From contig CP097973.1 in assembly GCA_023703655.1 (NCBI GenBank), positions 4,701-68,700 of the forward strand: DNA of 64,000 nucleotides, written 5' to 3'. The notes beneath the pieces were generated by a model. That model was not told the origin of the DNA, searched no databases, and worked only from the letters and a program-made list of their open reading frames with translations. Shown here in pieces: positions 11,176-21,220 of this stretch; positions within the stretch are counted from its first letter, which is position 1, and each line of letters starts with the position of its first letter. This DNA comes from SAR86 cluster bacterium (lineage in GTDB: Bacteria; Pseudomonadota; Gammaproteobacteria; Magnimaribacterales; D2472). The translations under genes and the position numbers were made by a program.

Positions 11176-12345
11176 ATGATTAGAGCTACGCATTACATGC
11201 TTATGAATAGACTTACGCCATTCTTATTTGTGATTATCCTATCTTTTATGGGTGTAGATGTTCATTCTCAGTGGACTGACATCAATATGACTGAGGGAGT
11301 CACGGATATAAGTAGAGACGTATTTAATTTACATATGCTTATTTTTTATATCTGTGTAGCTATTGGAGTTGTCGTATTTGGAGTGATGTTTTACTCCATG
11401 TTTATGTTCACTCGAAAAAAGAACCCAGAACCAGCAAAGTTTGATGATCACAAAGGTCTAGAGATTCTTTGGACAGTAATACCATTCTTAATACTTATTG
11501 GTATGGCAGTACCAGCCACTAACACATTAAAAGAGATGTACGCTGATGAAGAAGGCGACATAAATATTCAAGTTGTTGGATATCAATGGAAATGGGAATA
11601 TAAATACCTTGAGGATAATGTGAATTTTTTCTCGAACCTCACTACCGATCAAGATGAAATATACAACCAGGTCCCAAAAGGTGAAAATTATTTATTAGAA
11701 GTAGATGAGCCTGTAGTTATCCCAACCGGCAAAAGAATTAGATTTTTGATAACTGCCAACGATGTTATCCACTCTTGGTGGATGCCTGATTTTGCTATTA
11801 AACAAGATGCAATACCTGGATTTATCAATACAGCTTGGACAGTTGTTGAAGAGCCTGGGATTTATCGAGGGCAGTGTACAGAATTATGCGGAAAGAATCA
11901 TGGTTTTATGCCAGTGGTTGTAAAAGTTGTTACTCCTGAAGAATATGAACTTTGGGTAGCTGAGAAAAAAGAAGCTGCATATCAACTTGCACTGCTTACT
12001 GAAAAGGAATGGTCACTGAGTGAATTAATGCTTAAGGGTGAAGAAGTATATGCAAAAAATTGTGTTGCATGCCACCAAACAAACGGCATGGGCATTCAGG
12101 GAATCTTTCCAAAACTCGCTGGCAGTGAAATTGTATTAAACAATAAATCTCGCAATGTAGAAATATTAATGGAAGGTGTGCAGGGTGCTGCGATGCAGTC
12201 TTTTGCTAATCAACTTTCAGAAATAGATATTGCTGCAGTGATTACGTACACTCGGCAAGCATGGGGCAATGATTCTGATGGAGACGGAAAAATTGTTGTA
12301 CCTAAAGAAATCGTAGAATATAAGGAAAATAAAAATAATATATAG
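11176..12345 (+). CDS. coxB: Cytochrome c oxidase (aa3) subunit II with fused C-terminal cytochrome c domain
   Basis: Two N-terminal TM helices; CuA site HSWWMPDF...CTELCGKNHGFM; C-terminal haem-binding CVACH. Confidence 0.9.
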   Translation: MIRATHYMLMNRLTPFLFVIILSFMGVDVHSQWTDINMTEGVTDISRDVFNLHMLIFYICVAIGVVVFGVMFYSMFMFTRKKNPEPAKFDDHKGLEILWTVIPFLILIGMAVPATNTLKEMYADEEGDINIQVVGYQWKWEYKYLEDNVNFFSNLTTDQDEIYNQVPKGENYLLEVDEPVVIPTGKRIRFLITANDVIHSWWMPDFAIKQDAIPGFINTAWTVVEEPGIYRGQCTELCGKNHGFMPVVVKVVTPEEYELWVAEKKEAAYQLALLTEKEWSLSELMLKGEEVYAKNCVACHQTNGMGIQGIFPKLAGSEIVLNNKSRNVEILMEGVQGAAMQSFANQLSEIDIAAVITYTRQAWGNDSDGDGKIVVPKEIVEYKENKNNI

Positions 12346-12354
12346 GAAATTATT

Positions 12355-13932
12355 ATGAGCGCAGTTGTAGAATCACATGATCACCATCATGGACCCGCTA
12401 AAGGTATCTCAAGATGGCTGTTCACAACAAACCATAAAGACATAGGCACCCTTTACTTATGGTTTAGCTTTGCAATGTTCTTAATAGGCGGTGCAATGGC
12501 AATGGTGATTAGAGCCGAATTGTTTCAACCTGGCATGCAAATAGTGGAACCAGAATTTTACAATCAAATGCTCACCCTGCATGGTCTGATAATGGTATTT
12601 GGTGCTGTTATGCCTGCATTTGTTGGTCTAGCTAACTGGCTTGTGCCAATGATGGTCGGTGCACCTGATATGGCGTTACCAAGAATGAATAATCTTAGTT
12701 TTTGGATCTTGCCATTCGCTTTTGGGGTTATGTTGTCTTCATTATTTATGGAGGGTGGAGCCCCAAACTTTGGTTGGACATTTTACGCTCCACTATCCAC
12801 AACTTACGCACCACCAAGTGTTACCTTCTTTATTTTCTCTGTACATATTCTTGGTGCATCCTCAATTATGGGTGCCATTAATGTAATCGTTACCATAATG
12901 AATATGAGGGCTCCTGGCATGACTTTAATGAAAATGCCACTGTTTGTATGGTCTTGGTTAATAACAGCCTATTTACTTATTGCTGTAATGCCTGTTTTGG
13001 CTGGAGCCGTCACCATGATGTTGATGGACATACATTTTGGTACTAGCTTCTTCAATGCTGCTGGCGGAGGAGACCCAGTTTTATTTCAGCATATTTTCTG
13101 GTTCTTCGGACATCCAGAGGTTTATATCATGATCTTACCTGCTTTTGGAATTGCATCCCATATAATCTCAACTTTTTCAAGGAAAAAGTTATTTGGATAT
13201 ACATCAATGGTGTGGGCAATGGTTTCAATTGCAATACTATCTTTTGTTGTATGGGCTCATCATATGTTTACTGTTGGGATGCCTTTAGCAGCAGAATTAT
13301 TTTTTATGTGGGCAACAATGCTGATAGCTGTTCCAACAGGAGTAAAAGTGTTTAATTGGGTTGCAACTATGTTCAGAGGCTCCATTACTTATGAAACGCC
13401 TATGTTGTTTGCAATATGCTTCGTCGTTCTATTCACAATTGGTGGCTTTTCGGGTTTGATGTTAGCCATAACCCCTGCCGATTTTCAATATCACGATACT
13501 TACTTTGTTGTAGCACATTTTCATTACGTGCTCGTACCTGGCTCAGTTTTTTCAATCATGGCTGCCGTTTATTATTGGCTGCCAAAATGGTGCGGAAATA
13601 TGTATGATGAGCGATTAGGCCGATTACATTTCTGGTTATCATTTATCGGTGTCAATGTTACATTTTTTCCACAACATTTTATTGGTCTTGCTGGCATGCC
13701 CAGAAGAATACCTGACTATGCACTGCAATTTGCTGACTGGAATATGATTTCAACTGCCGGTGCATTCTTATTCGGTGCATCTCAGATCTTGTTTTTATTC
13801 ATTGTTGTCAAGACTGTTATGGGAGGCAAGAAAGCCACACCTGAAGTTTGGGAAGGTGCGCAGGGATTAGAGTGGACAGTAGATTCTCCACCTCCATACC
13901 ATACTTTTTCAACACCACCATTAGTTAAGTAA
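12355..13932 (+). CDS. coxA: Cytochrome c oxidase subunit I
   Basis: [24 protein letters not shown] and VAHFHYVL; 525 aa, 12-TM type. Confidence 0.95.
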   Translation: MSAVVESHDHHHGPAKGISRWLFTTNHKDIGTLYLWFSFAMFLIGGAMAMVIRAELFQPGMQIVEPEFYNQMLTLHGLIMVFGAVMPAFVGLANWLVPMMVGAPDMALPRMNNLSFWILPFAFGVMLSSLFMEGGAPNFGWTFYAPLSTTYAPPSVTFFIFSVHILGASSIMGAINVIVTIMNMRAPGMTLMKMPLFVWSWLITAYLLIAVMPVLAGAVTMMLMDIHFGTSFFNAAGGGDPVLFQHIFWFFGHPEVYIMILPAFGIASHIISTFSRKKLFGYTSMVWAMVSIAILSFVVWAHHMFTVGMPLAAELFFMWATMLIAVPTGVKVFNWVATMFRGSITYETPMLFAICFVVLFTIGGFSGLMLAITPADFQYHDTYFVVAHFHYVLVPGSVFSIMAAVYYWLPKWCGNMYDERLGRLHFWLSFIGVNVTFFPQHFIGLAGMPRRIPDYALQFADWNMISTAGAFLFGASQILFLFIVVKTVMGGKKATPEVWEGAQGLEWTVDSPPPYHTFSTPPLVK

Positions 13933-14501
13933 TGAACCAAGGTGCAAAGAACACACTAAAATATCTAGCGTTGGCTGTTATTGGTATGTTCTTCTTTTCC
14001 TTTGCATTAGTACCTCTTTATAATGTTTTTTGTGAAATAACCGGACTCAATGGCAAGATAGAACTTAGCCCGACTAAATTCGTACAAGAGGAACCCATCC
14101 AAGGCAGAGCCCTTAAGGTTCAATTTGTTTCACATAATAATGAGCAAATGCCATGGTCATTTAGTCCTTCTGCTGAGGTAATCAATATTACGACTGGAAA
14201 ATACTATAAGGCCACATACTTTGTAAAAAATAATACTGATAAAGTAATGGTTGGGCAGGCAATTCCCAGTGTTGCACCGTCTAATGCAGCAGCACATTTG
14301 AAAAAGCTTGAGTGTTTTTGCTTTGAGCAACAGCGTCTACTACCTGGTGAAGAAGCATATCTGCCTGTAAAGTTGCTATTTGATAATGAGTTACCCGAAT
14401 CTATAAATAATGTTGTTTTGTCCTATACAATTTTTGACGTCACAGACACTTATGAAGATGAAATTGTGCAAAACACACATAGCATGAACACTAAGAGTTA
14501 A
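13932..14501 (+). CDS. ctaG: Cytochrome c oxidase assembly protein CtaG/Cox11
   Basis: N-terminal TM helix; Cox11 copper motif CFCFEQQ; position between subunits I and III. Confidence 0.85.
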   Translation: MNQGAKNTLKYLALAVIGMFFFSFALVPLYNVFCEITGLNGKIELSPTKFVQEEPIQGRALKVQFVSHNNEQMPWSFSPSAEVINITTGKYYKATYFVKNNTDKVMVGQAIPSVAPSNAAAHLKKLECFCFEQQRLLPGEEAYLPVKLLFDNELPESINNVVLSYTIFDVTDTYEDEIVQNTHSMNTKS

Positions 14502-14503
14502 AC

Positions 14504-15418
14504 ATGAGTGGCTACGAAAAATACTATGTTCCTGATCAGAGCAAACTTCCTATTTATGCTGCTTTTTCAATGTTTGTGCTCATCATGGGTGCTGCCGGTA
14601 CCATAAATGCTGTTGGAACTGGGGACTCAATCTCAAAATACGTTTTATATTTTGGTCTTGCTTTGATGGGTGGAACCTTATTTTTTTGGTTCAAACAGGT
14701 TGTTCAAGAGCATCTTGCGGGTTTGGATAGCACTCAACTTAATCAATCCTTTGTTTATGGAATGGCCTGGTTTATATTTTCTGAAGTAATGTTCTTTGCT
14801 GCTTTCTTTGGTGCATTATTTTATGTAAGAACATTTTCTGTGCCATGGCTTGGTGGAGAAGGCGAGAAGGGATTAGCAAATATGCTCTGGCAAGACTTCA
14901 GTCCAACATGGCCTCTATTGACTACACCGGATCAGGGCTCTATGTACAACATTCCAAACAAGAGTATGAGTTTTCCTGGTTGGGATAAGATGTTACTTTG
15001 GCTCCCGCTATGGAATACAATCGTTCTTCTAAGCTCAAGCGTTACCGTTCACATGGCACATATAAACTTAAAAGCCAATAAAAAGAAAAAATTCAACATT
15101 TGGTTGGGCATAACAGTTGCTCTAGCAATATTTTTCGTGGGTCTTCAAGCCTTAGAATATTATGAGGCTTACGCTCATTATGGCTTAACACTAAATTCTG
15201 GGATTTATGGATCAACCTTTTTCATGCTTACAGGATTCCACGGTTTTCATGTGATGCTTGGCGGCTTTATGTTAGCAGTGATGCTTACAAGATCAGTCTT
15301 TTACAATCACTTTAAACCTGGTCATCATGAACATTTTGGGTTTGAAGCTGCGTCATGGTATTGGCACTTTGTGGACGTTGTCTGGGTGATGTTGTTTCTA
15401 TTCGTATATATACTCTAG
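14504..15418 (+). CDS. coxC: Cytochrome c oxidase subunit III
   Basis: LTGFHGFHVMLG and ASWYWHFVDVVW motifs; 7-TM type. Confidence 0.9.
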   Translation: MSGYEKYYVPDQSKLPIYAAFSMFVLIMGAAGTINAVGTGDSISKYVLYFGLALMGGTLFFWFKQVVQEHLAGLDSTQLNQSFVYGMAWFIFSEVMFFAAFFGALFYVRTFSVPWLGGEGEKGLANMLWQDFSPTWPLLTTPDQGSMYNIPNKSMSFPGWDKMLLWLPLWNTIVLLSSSVTVHMAHINLKANKKKKFNIWLGITVALAIFFVGLQALEYYEAYAHYGLTLNSGIYGSTFFMLTGFHGFHVMLGGFMLAVMLTRSVFYNHFKPGHHEHFGFEAASWYWHFVDVVWVMLFLFVYIL

Positions 15419-15630
15419 TTACTTTCCCAAGGCACTGTATTCCCAAGTTGACCCGTGTATAACCCATATGCAACTAATGAGAGTAATAGTGCTGCTAATG
15501 TGACTCTAATGCCTAGACTGATCATAGTGCCTCTTCCATCACCTCTGTCCTTGAATAAGAAAAATAAACCACTAGATAAGCTTAAAAGAATAAGAATGAT
15601 TAGCAGGAATATAACAGGTTTTAACCACAT
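15415..15630 (-). CDS. Small two-TM protein of the cox cluster (DUF2909-like)
   Basis: The track ORF 15415..15687 would overlap the divergent SURF1 start. The internal Met at 15630 gives 71 aa (MWLKPVIFLL...) with two hydrophobic helices split by KDRGDGRG. From memory, Pseudomonas-type aa3 clusters have a small gene in the same place and orientation between coxC and SURF1. Confidence 0.6.
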   Translation of the reverse strand: MWLKPVIFLLIILILLSLSSGLFFLFKDRGDGRGTMISLGIRVTLAALLLSLVAYGLYTGQLGNTVPWESN

Positions 15631-15648
15631 TAATAAATTGTAGCTTAA

Positions 15649-16350
15649 ATGAATATAAAAATATTTTTTTTTAGAGCAAAAAAACACTTGCTTTTGTCAT
15701 CCTTTTCAGTATTTTTTACGATTGTGTTTTGTTCGCTAGGTGTATGGCAGATCAATAAAGGCATGGCTAAATCAGTTCTTGAAAATAACTTTAACACCAT
15801 GGCAACTGTGAAAGAATTTTCTTTAGACCTCCCTGTTTGGTCTTATGTTTATGCCAGTGGGAGTTTCGATTTTTCAAGACAGATTCTTTTCGACAACCAA
15901 TTGAATAATTCTAGGCTTGGTTACAAAGTATTTACACCTTTTATAGATGAATCAGGCACATTTCTAATTGTTGATCGAGGATGGATAGAAAAAGACTATC
16001 AATTTTCTGACTTAGTGCCCAGCGAAAATATCAAAAATACCAGGATATCTGGGCGATTATACAATCCAGAGTCCAATATAACTTTTGGCACTGATTTAAT
16101 CACTAAATCATGGCCGAAGGTGTCTCAAAAAAGAAGCCATGAATTGTTTAATGAACAATATAATGAGGAAGTATTTAAAAACTTTATTCATTTGGATGCC
16201 AATCATCCGAACGTATTGAGTTTCTCTTATCTAAACCCATTTGTAATATCATCAAAAAGACATTTTGGATATGCGCTAACATGGTTTACGATGGCGATAG
16301 TCTTAATCAGCATGTTCATTTACTTTGTGAGTACCCAAGATGAAGAGTAA
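15649..16350 (+). CDS. SURF1-family cytochrome oxidase biogenesis protein
   Basis: N- and C-terminal TM helices around a periplasmic domain; IVDRGWIEKD (SURF1 RGW motif); C-terminal HFGYALTWF; cox-cluster position. Confidence 0.75.
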   Translation: MNIKIFFFRAKKHLLLSSFSVFFTIVFCSLGVWQINKGMAKSVLENNFNTMATVKEFSLDLPVWSYVYASGSFDFSRQILFDNQLNNSRLGYKVFTPFIDESGTFLIVDRGWIEKDYQFSDLVPSENIKNTRISGRLYNPESNITFGTDLITKSWPKVSQKRSHELFNEQYNEEVFKNFIHLDANHPNVLSFSYLNPFVISSKRHFGYALTWFTMAIVLISMFIYFVSTQDEE

Positions 16351-16879
16351 ATTATTTCTAGCTTTTATTTTATTCACACCGATATTAATAATTGTTTTCT
16401 CAACTTTATCTTTTAACTTAGGTTATAGACCAGCAGATACTAAAAATAATGGCACCTTTTTTAAAACTTATTTCCAAGTGCCATCTGAAACCCTTGTTAA
16501 TATAAAACGGCAAGCAATTTCTTTTGATGACGGGAAGTGGGTCTTAGCCCATTATTATTTAAATAATAATGAATATGAAACAACGTTACGTTTAATGCGT
16601 CAATTAAATGTTGCTTTGAATAGGGATATCTTTAGATTGAAAAGGGTGCTCATATCTGATGATATTGATTTGGATAAAAATATTCACTCTGAATATCCAA
16701 ATTTAGAAATTTATTTTGACTTAATGAATGATTTTAAGAGCCTCCTTGACCAAAATTCAGATCAGTTTTTTAACTCTTCAAAAATCTTTCTAATTGATCC
16801 TTATGGCAGAGCAGTTATGTATTTTGATGATGAGTTAGATCCAAAATTAATATTAAAAGATTTGAAGGTGCTTATATGA
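16340..16879 (+). CDS. Hypothetical membrane-anchored protein of the cox cluster; degenerate SCO1-like (no Cys motif)
   Basis: N-terminal TM helix. Three segments align by eye to the SenC encoded at 18695-19336, but the CxxxC motif is absent (see findings). Confidence 0.55.
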   Translation: MKSKLFLAFILFTPILIIVFSTLSFNLGYRPADTKNNGTFFKTYFQVPSETLVNIKRQAISFDDGKWVLAHYYLNNNEYETTLRLMRQLNVALNRDIFRLKRVLISDDIDLDKNIHSEYPNLEIYFDLMNDFKSLLDQNSDQFFNSSKIFLIDPYGRAVMYFDDELDPKLILKDLKVLI

Positions 16880-17838
16880 ATGTAAGAAATATTTCTCTCG
16901 CGGGTGTTATATTTGCTTTCGTGGTTATCGCATTGGGTGCATGGACGCGATTAGTTGATGCTGGCCTTGGATGTCCAGACTGGCCAGGGTGCTATGGATT
17001 TGTTTTTTTTCCAACCAATGAAGCTGAAATTGCTATTGCTGAAAGCCGATACCCATTATTCCCCTATGAAATAGATAAAGTTATACCTGAAGTAGTGCAT
17101 AGATACTTCGCTGCAGCATTAGGACTGTTAGCGATCTTTCTGGTGTTTGTCGCATTGAAAGAAAACGATAAAAAAAATAAGTTTATCTCGTGCTTCCTTT
17201 TGTTTTTTATTTGTTGTCAGGGTATCTTTGGTTATCTGACTGTAAGTCTTAAATTATTACCCATTATAGTAACTGGTCATTTATTTGGTGGCTTTATAAC
17301 ACTTTCGCTATTTTTTTATTTATTCATCAGAAATACAGATTTTTTAGATAACTTTCATTTCAAGAACGCAAAATTTATATCTATTGCAGCGCTTACTGTA
17401 TTGGCGGTGCAGATCTTTTTAGGAGTTTGGACAAGCACAAATTATGCTTCATTAGCTTGTATAGATTTTCCTCAATGCAAAGCATCTTACTGGCCTGAAA
17501 TGGATTTCAGATCAGGATTTAACTTATTTCAGGAAGTCGGACCAAATTATCTTTATGGATTGCTTGATAATAATGCGAGAGTAGCAATTCATTTTACACA
17601 CAGAATATGGGCTATCCTGGTAATAATTGTTTTCTTCATTTTAATTACAAGACTGTGGTTTTCAAAAATTGCACCTTTGGCATCAACTGTAGGCGTTGTG
17701 TTACTTACACAGATCTCTCTCGGAATTATGAATGTTGTATATACCCTCCCTCTTTATGTTGCCATTGCTCATAATCTGGTAGCTGCGATGTTATTATTGG
17801 TCACATTAACAGTGAGCATGTTGGCTTGGAAAAAATGA
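16876..17838 (+). CDS. ctaA: Haem A synthase (COX15/CtaA)
   Basis: GLGCPDWPGCYG near the N-terminus; conserved His-containing helices (VVHRY, FTHRIWA); 8-TM type; ATGA overlap with the upstream gene. Confidence 0.85.
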   Translation: MNVRNISLAGVIFAFVVIALGAWTRLVDAGLGCPDWPGCYGFVFFPTNEAEIAIAESRYPLFPYEIDKVIPEVVHRYFAAALGLLAIFLVFVALKENDKKNKFISCFLLFFICCQGIFGYLTVSLKLLPIIVTGHLFGGFITLSLFFYLFIRNTDFLDNFHFKNAKFISIAALTVLAVQIFLGVWTSTNYASLACIDFPQCKASYWPEMDFRSGFNLFQEVGPNYLYGLLDNNARVAIHFTHRIWAILVIIVFFILITRLWFSKIAPLASTVGVVLLTQISLGIMNVVYTLPLYVAIAHNLVAAMLLLVTLTVSMLAWKK

Positions 17839-18698
17839 TCAACCTAAAAGCTTATTATGAGTTATGTAAGCCAAACGTAGTTTTGACTATGCTTGTAACT
17901 GCTCTAGTAGGATCACTTCTAGCTAGCGAGGTATCTAATATAAACTTTGAGCTGATCTTAACCTCACTGATTGGCATTGGTTTATGCGCATGCTCAGCTG
18001 CTGCAATCAATCAAGTAATTGATAGAAAAATTGATGCAAATATGAGTCGAACTAAAGGACGACCATTACCAACTGGTGAGATTCCTATATTTAATGCCAT
18101 ACTTTTTTCACTTTTTATAGGCGTATCAGGCTTCTATTTATTACTAAATTATGTAAACGTTCTTACAGCATATCTAACTATCGCCTCATTAATTGGTTAC
18201 GCCTTTGTGTACACGATATATTTAAAGCGTGCCACACCTCAAAATATAGTTATAGGAGGACTGGCTGGAGCAGCTCCCCCATTGCTTGGATGGACATCTA
18301 TATCAGGCAGCATCCACCCAAACTCATTGTTGCTAGTGCTAATTATATTTGCTTGGACACCCCCACATTTTTGGGCGCTTGCTGTGCATCGCAAAGATGA
18401 GTATGCTCAAGAAAGTATACCAATGCTTCCTGTTACTCACGGCATCAAGTTTACTAAGCTTCAAATCATCTTATACACTATCATCCTTTTTTTAGTGAGT
18501 TTGTTTCCTTACCTTGTAATGATGTCCGGCACATTTTATTTGATTTCAGCTACAGTATTAGGATCAATTTTTTTATATCTATCAATTAAGTTTTTTAATG
18601 ATGCATCTAATGCATTAGCCCTCCCAACTTTTAATTTTTCGATCTATTACATATTATTGATATTTTTAGCCCTTTTAGTGGACCACTTCCTGTTGTGA
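17835..18698 (+). CDS. cyoE: Protohaem IX farnesyltransferase (haem O synthase)
   Basis: UbiA-family motif DRKIDANMSRTKGRPLPTG. I prefer the ATG at 17835 (ATGA overlap with the COX15 stop) to the track's TTG at 17826. Confidence 0.9.
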   Translation: MINLKAYYELCKPNVVLTMLVTALVGSLLASEVSNINFELILTSLIGIGLCACSAAAINQVIDRKIDANMSRTKGRPLPTGEIPIFNAILFSLFIGVSGFYLLLNYVNVLTAYLTIASLIGYAFVYTIYLKRATPQNIVIGGLAGAAPPLLGWTSISGSIHPNSLLLVLIIFAWTPPHFWALAVHRKDEYAQESIPMLPVTHGIKFTKLQIILYTIILFLVSLFPYLVMMSGTFYLISATVLGSIFLYLSIKFFNDASNALALPTFNFSIYYILLIFLALLVDHFLL

Positions 18699-19336
18699 GC
18701 AGAAACATTAACTTAACAATTTTGCTAATACTGGTGTTTATGGGAACAGTTCTGTTCTTTTTTACAAAAAAACTAACAACTCCAAGAGAGCTTTCCAGGG
18801 AAGAATTACTAGTTAATGGATTTTATGAGCTTCCTCAGGAAAGAAAAATTAGTAATTTTGAGCTCAAAACCTCAGACGGCATATTATTAAATAATGAGTT
18901 CTTATTAAATAAATGGACACTCATTTATTTTGGATTTACAAGATGTCCGGATGAGTGCCCAGTGACAATGTCGATAGCAAGGGACTTATTTAACACTTTG
19001 ATAGAAAAGGGTGTTGATATTTCTAATCTTAAACTTATTTTGATCTCTATTGATCCTGAACATGATGATAAGGAACTTATTAATAGATATGCAAAAGGAT
19101 TTTTTAGTGAATTCTATGGCGTGCAGACTTCAAGACCACAATTATTAAGTTTAGCAACACAGCTTGATGTGCTTATTACTGCTCCGCCAGATCACCATAA
19201 TGAAGACACATATCATCTAGACAATCATCAAAATAATCTGATTTTAATTAATCAGAGTGGCAACTATCATGGCTTCTTTCGACCACCTTTTAACTTAGAA
19301 AATGTGCTACTGACTTACCAATCAGTTGTATTTTAA
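18695..19336 (+). CDS. SCO1/SenC copper chaperone
   Basis: GTG start in a GTGA overlap; N-terminal TM helix; thioredoxin-fold copper motif FTRCPDECP; downstream conserved His region (HLDNHQNNLILI). Confidence 0.85.
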   Translation: MSRNINLTILLILVFMGTVLFFFTKKLTTPRELSREELLVNGFYELPQERKISNFELKTSDGILLNNEFLLNKWTLIYFGFTRCPDECPVTMSIARDLFNTLIEKGVDISNLKLILISIDPEHDDKELINRYAKGFFSEFYGVQTSRPQLLSLATQLDVLITAPPDHHNEDTYHLDNHQNNLILINQSGNYHGFFRPPFNLENVLLTYQSVVF

Positions 19337-20220
19337 GATTCGGTTAGAAGGAAATTTTTTAATTCAATTATTGATTCATCTCGAATTTTCAGTTCGTCTC
19401 TAATAAAATTTTCTACGCTGCCATACTTTTGTTTTATTTCATCAAGTGCAGCTCGAATGAACCTTTCTTCAACCCCAAGCAATGGTCTTAGAATTTCAGC
19501 ATCTACGCTTCCAAGGGAGTATAGATTTATCTTATTAATATAATCTTGAATGGTTTCCTCAGTATATTTATTAGTTTTCATATAATCCTCAATCACTATT
19601 TTCTCAGGAACCCCAACAGCCAATAAGACTAGTGCTGCAGCAAACCCAGCTCTATCTTTTCCAGCAGTGCAATGAAATAATGTTGGTTCCTGATTTTCAA
19701 TTAATGATTCTATGAACCCCTTATAAACCCCACTAAAATCTGAGATAAATTCCCTATTTGTTTCAACAAGAATAGCCCCAACATCTTCGTTTAAATCGCC
19801 CTTTAATATTGCCTCAACTTTTGGTCTGATAGCACCATCAGCTTCTATTGGCATCTCAATATATTTTAGAGTACTCGGTAATTGATCAGGTTCGTTTTGT
19901 TTTTCTTCTGAAGATCTAAAATCTATAACTCTTTTGATTCCAAGCTGTAATAAGTATTCCTGATCTGCATCTGTTAATTCGGAAAGTTTATCAGATCTAT
20001 ATAGAACTCCCCATTTTAAAGACCTACCGTCTTCGGTTTTGTAACCACCCAACTCTCTTGTATTGCTAGTTCCATCAAGTACTATTTTTCTGTGATCTTC
20101 TGATTGATAAGCTATATTATCTTTGTGTATTATTTTCATCTCATTTTCTACATTATTATTGCTACAACCAATTAAGAGGTAAATTGGTATTGTTAATAAT
20201 AGATAATTGTTAAATTTCAA
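19333..20220 (-). CDS. Lipoprotein protein-tyrosine/serine phosphatase (Y_phosphatase3-like)
   Basis: Lipobox LLIGCS at the N-terminus; CX5R active site HCTAGKDRAG; NTRELGGY and LYRSD segments typical of this family. Confidence 0.75.
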   Translation of the reverse strand: MKFNNYLLLTIPIYLLIGCSNNNVENEMKIIHKDNIAYQSEDHRKIVLDGTSNTRELGGYKTEDGRSLKWGVLYRSDKLSELTDADQEYLLQLGIKRVIDFRSSEEKQNEPDQLPSTLKYIEMPIEADGAIRPKVEAILKGDLNEDVGAILVETNREFISDFSGVYKGFIESLIENQEPTLFHCTAGKDRAGFAAALVLLAVGVPEKIVIEDYMKTNKYTEETIQDYINKINLYSLGSVDAEILRPLLGVEERFIRAALDEIKQKYGSVENFIRDELKIRDESIIELKNFLLTES

Positions 20221-21220
20221 TTATCACCTTTCCTGTTGCCTTACGATTAGCAAGCAACTTTATGGCATCCACCGCTTTACTGAGATCATAAGCATGTTCG
20301 ATTCTTGGATTGATTTGTTTTTTTGAGTACATTTCAAATAATTCTGAGAAATTTTTCTCATTTTGATCTGGAAAGATAGTGGCCCAAGCACCCCAAAATA
20401 CCCCAACAATTTGGCAACCCTTCAAAAGTGCCAAGTTTAGAGGTGGTTGTGGTATTTCTCCAGTAGCAAATCCAATAACCAAATATCTACCTTCCCATGC
20501 GGTTGCTCGAATTGCCGGTTCACTGTAATTACCGCCAACAGGATCATAGATAACATTGGCTCCTTGCCCATCAGTAAGTTCTTTAATTTTATTTGAAAAC
20601 TGTTTTTGAGTTGCTCTATCAGACAGACTATCTGAATAAACGATGGTTTCATCAGCACCATGTTCAAGACATACTTTAACTTTTTCTTCACTAGATGCTG
20701 CAGCAATTACTTTGGCTCCCATCGCCTTGCCAATTTCTACTGCCGATAACCCTACACCACCTGCAGCACCAAGAACTAATAATGTCTCACCTTCTTTAAG
20801 AGAAGCTCTTTGTTTAAGAGCATATAAGGAGGTTCCGTATGTCATTGCTAAGGCTGCAGCAACATTAAAATCCATCTCATTAGGTATTTTTTGAACCCTT
20901 GCAGGATCAACAGCCAATTTCTCGGCAAAACAACCATTACCAGACATTACAAAAACTTTGTCCCCTATGTTGAAGTCTTTTATATTGCTTCCAACCCCAA
21001 CTATCACTCCTGAGGCTTCAGCACCTGGAATAAATGGCATTGGTGGCTGAAATTGATACTTTCCTTGTACCATCAAGACATCTGGGAAATTAACGCTAGC
21101 AACTTTAATTTCTATTAAAACCTGATCATTATTGAACTTTGGGTCTTCAATATCATTGAACTCAATGGTGGTGTTCCAATTATCAGGCTCACTTAATTCT
21201 TTACACTGAATGGCTTTCAT
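20210..21220 (-). CDS. NADPH:quinone oxidoreductase / zinc-type alcohol dehydrogenase superfamily (MDR)
   Basis: GroES-like N-terminal domain; Rossmann segment VLGAAGGVGLSAVEIGKAMGAKV; 336 aa. No structural-zinc Cys cluster, which fits the Qor-like type. Confidence 0.8.
   Translation of the reverse strand: MKAIQCKELSEPDNWNTTIEFNDIEDPKFNNDQVLIEIKVASVNFPDVLMVQGKYQFQPPMPFIPGAEASGVIVGVGSNIKDFNIGDKVFVMSGNGCFAEKLAVDPARVQKIPNEMDFNVAAALAMTYGTSLYALKQRASLKEGETLLVLGAAGGVGLSAVEIGKAMGAKVIAAASSEEKVKVCLEHGADETIVYSDSLSDRATQKQFSNKIKELTDGQGANVIYDPVGGNYSEPAIRATAWEGRYLVIGFATGEIPQPPLNLALLKGCQIVGVFWGAWATIFPDQNEKNFSELFEMYSKKQINPRIEHAYDLSKAVDAIKLLANRKATGKVIIEI

Noticed and set aside
13416-13607. Short same-strand alternative-frame ORFs inside large genes, for example 13416..13607 in coxA, 38522..38725 and 39119..39397 in tkt, and 28975..29202 in cyt c4.
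   Set aside because: They are embedded in strongly conserved coding frames, have no motifs and have no independent start signals. They are treated as chance ORFs.
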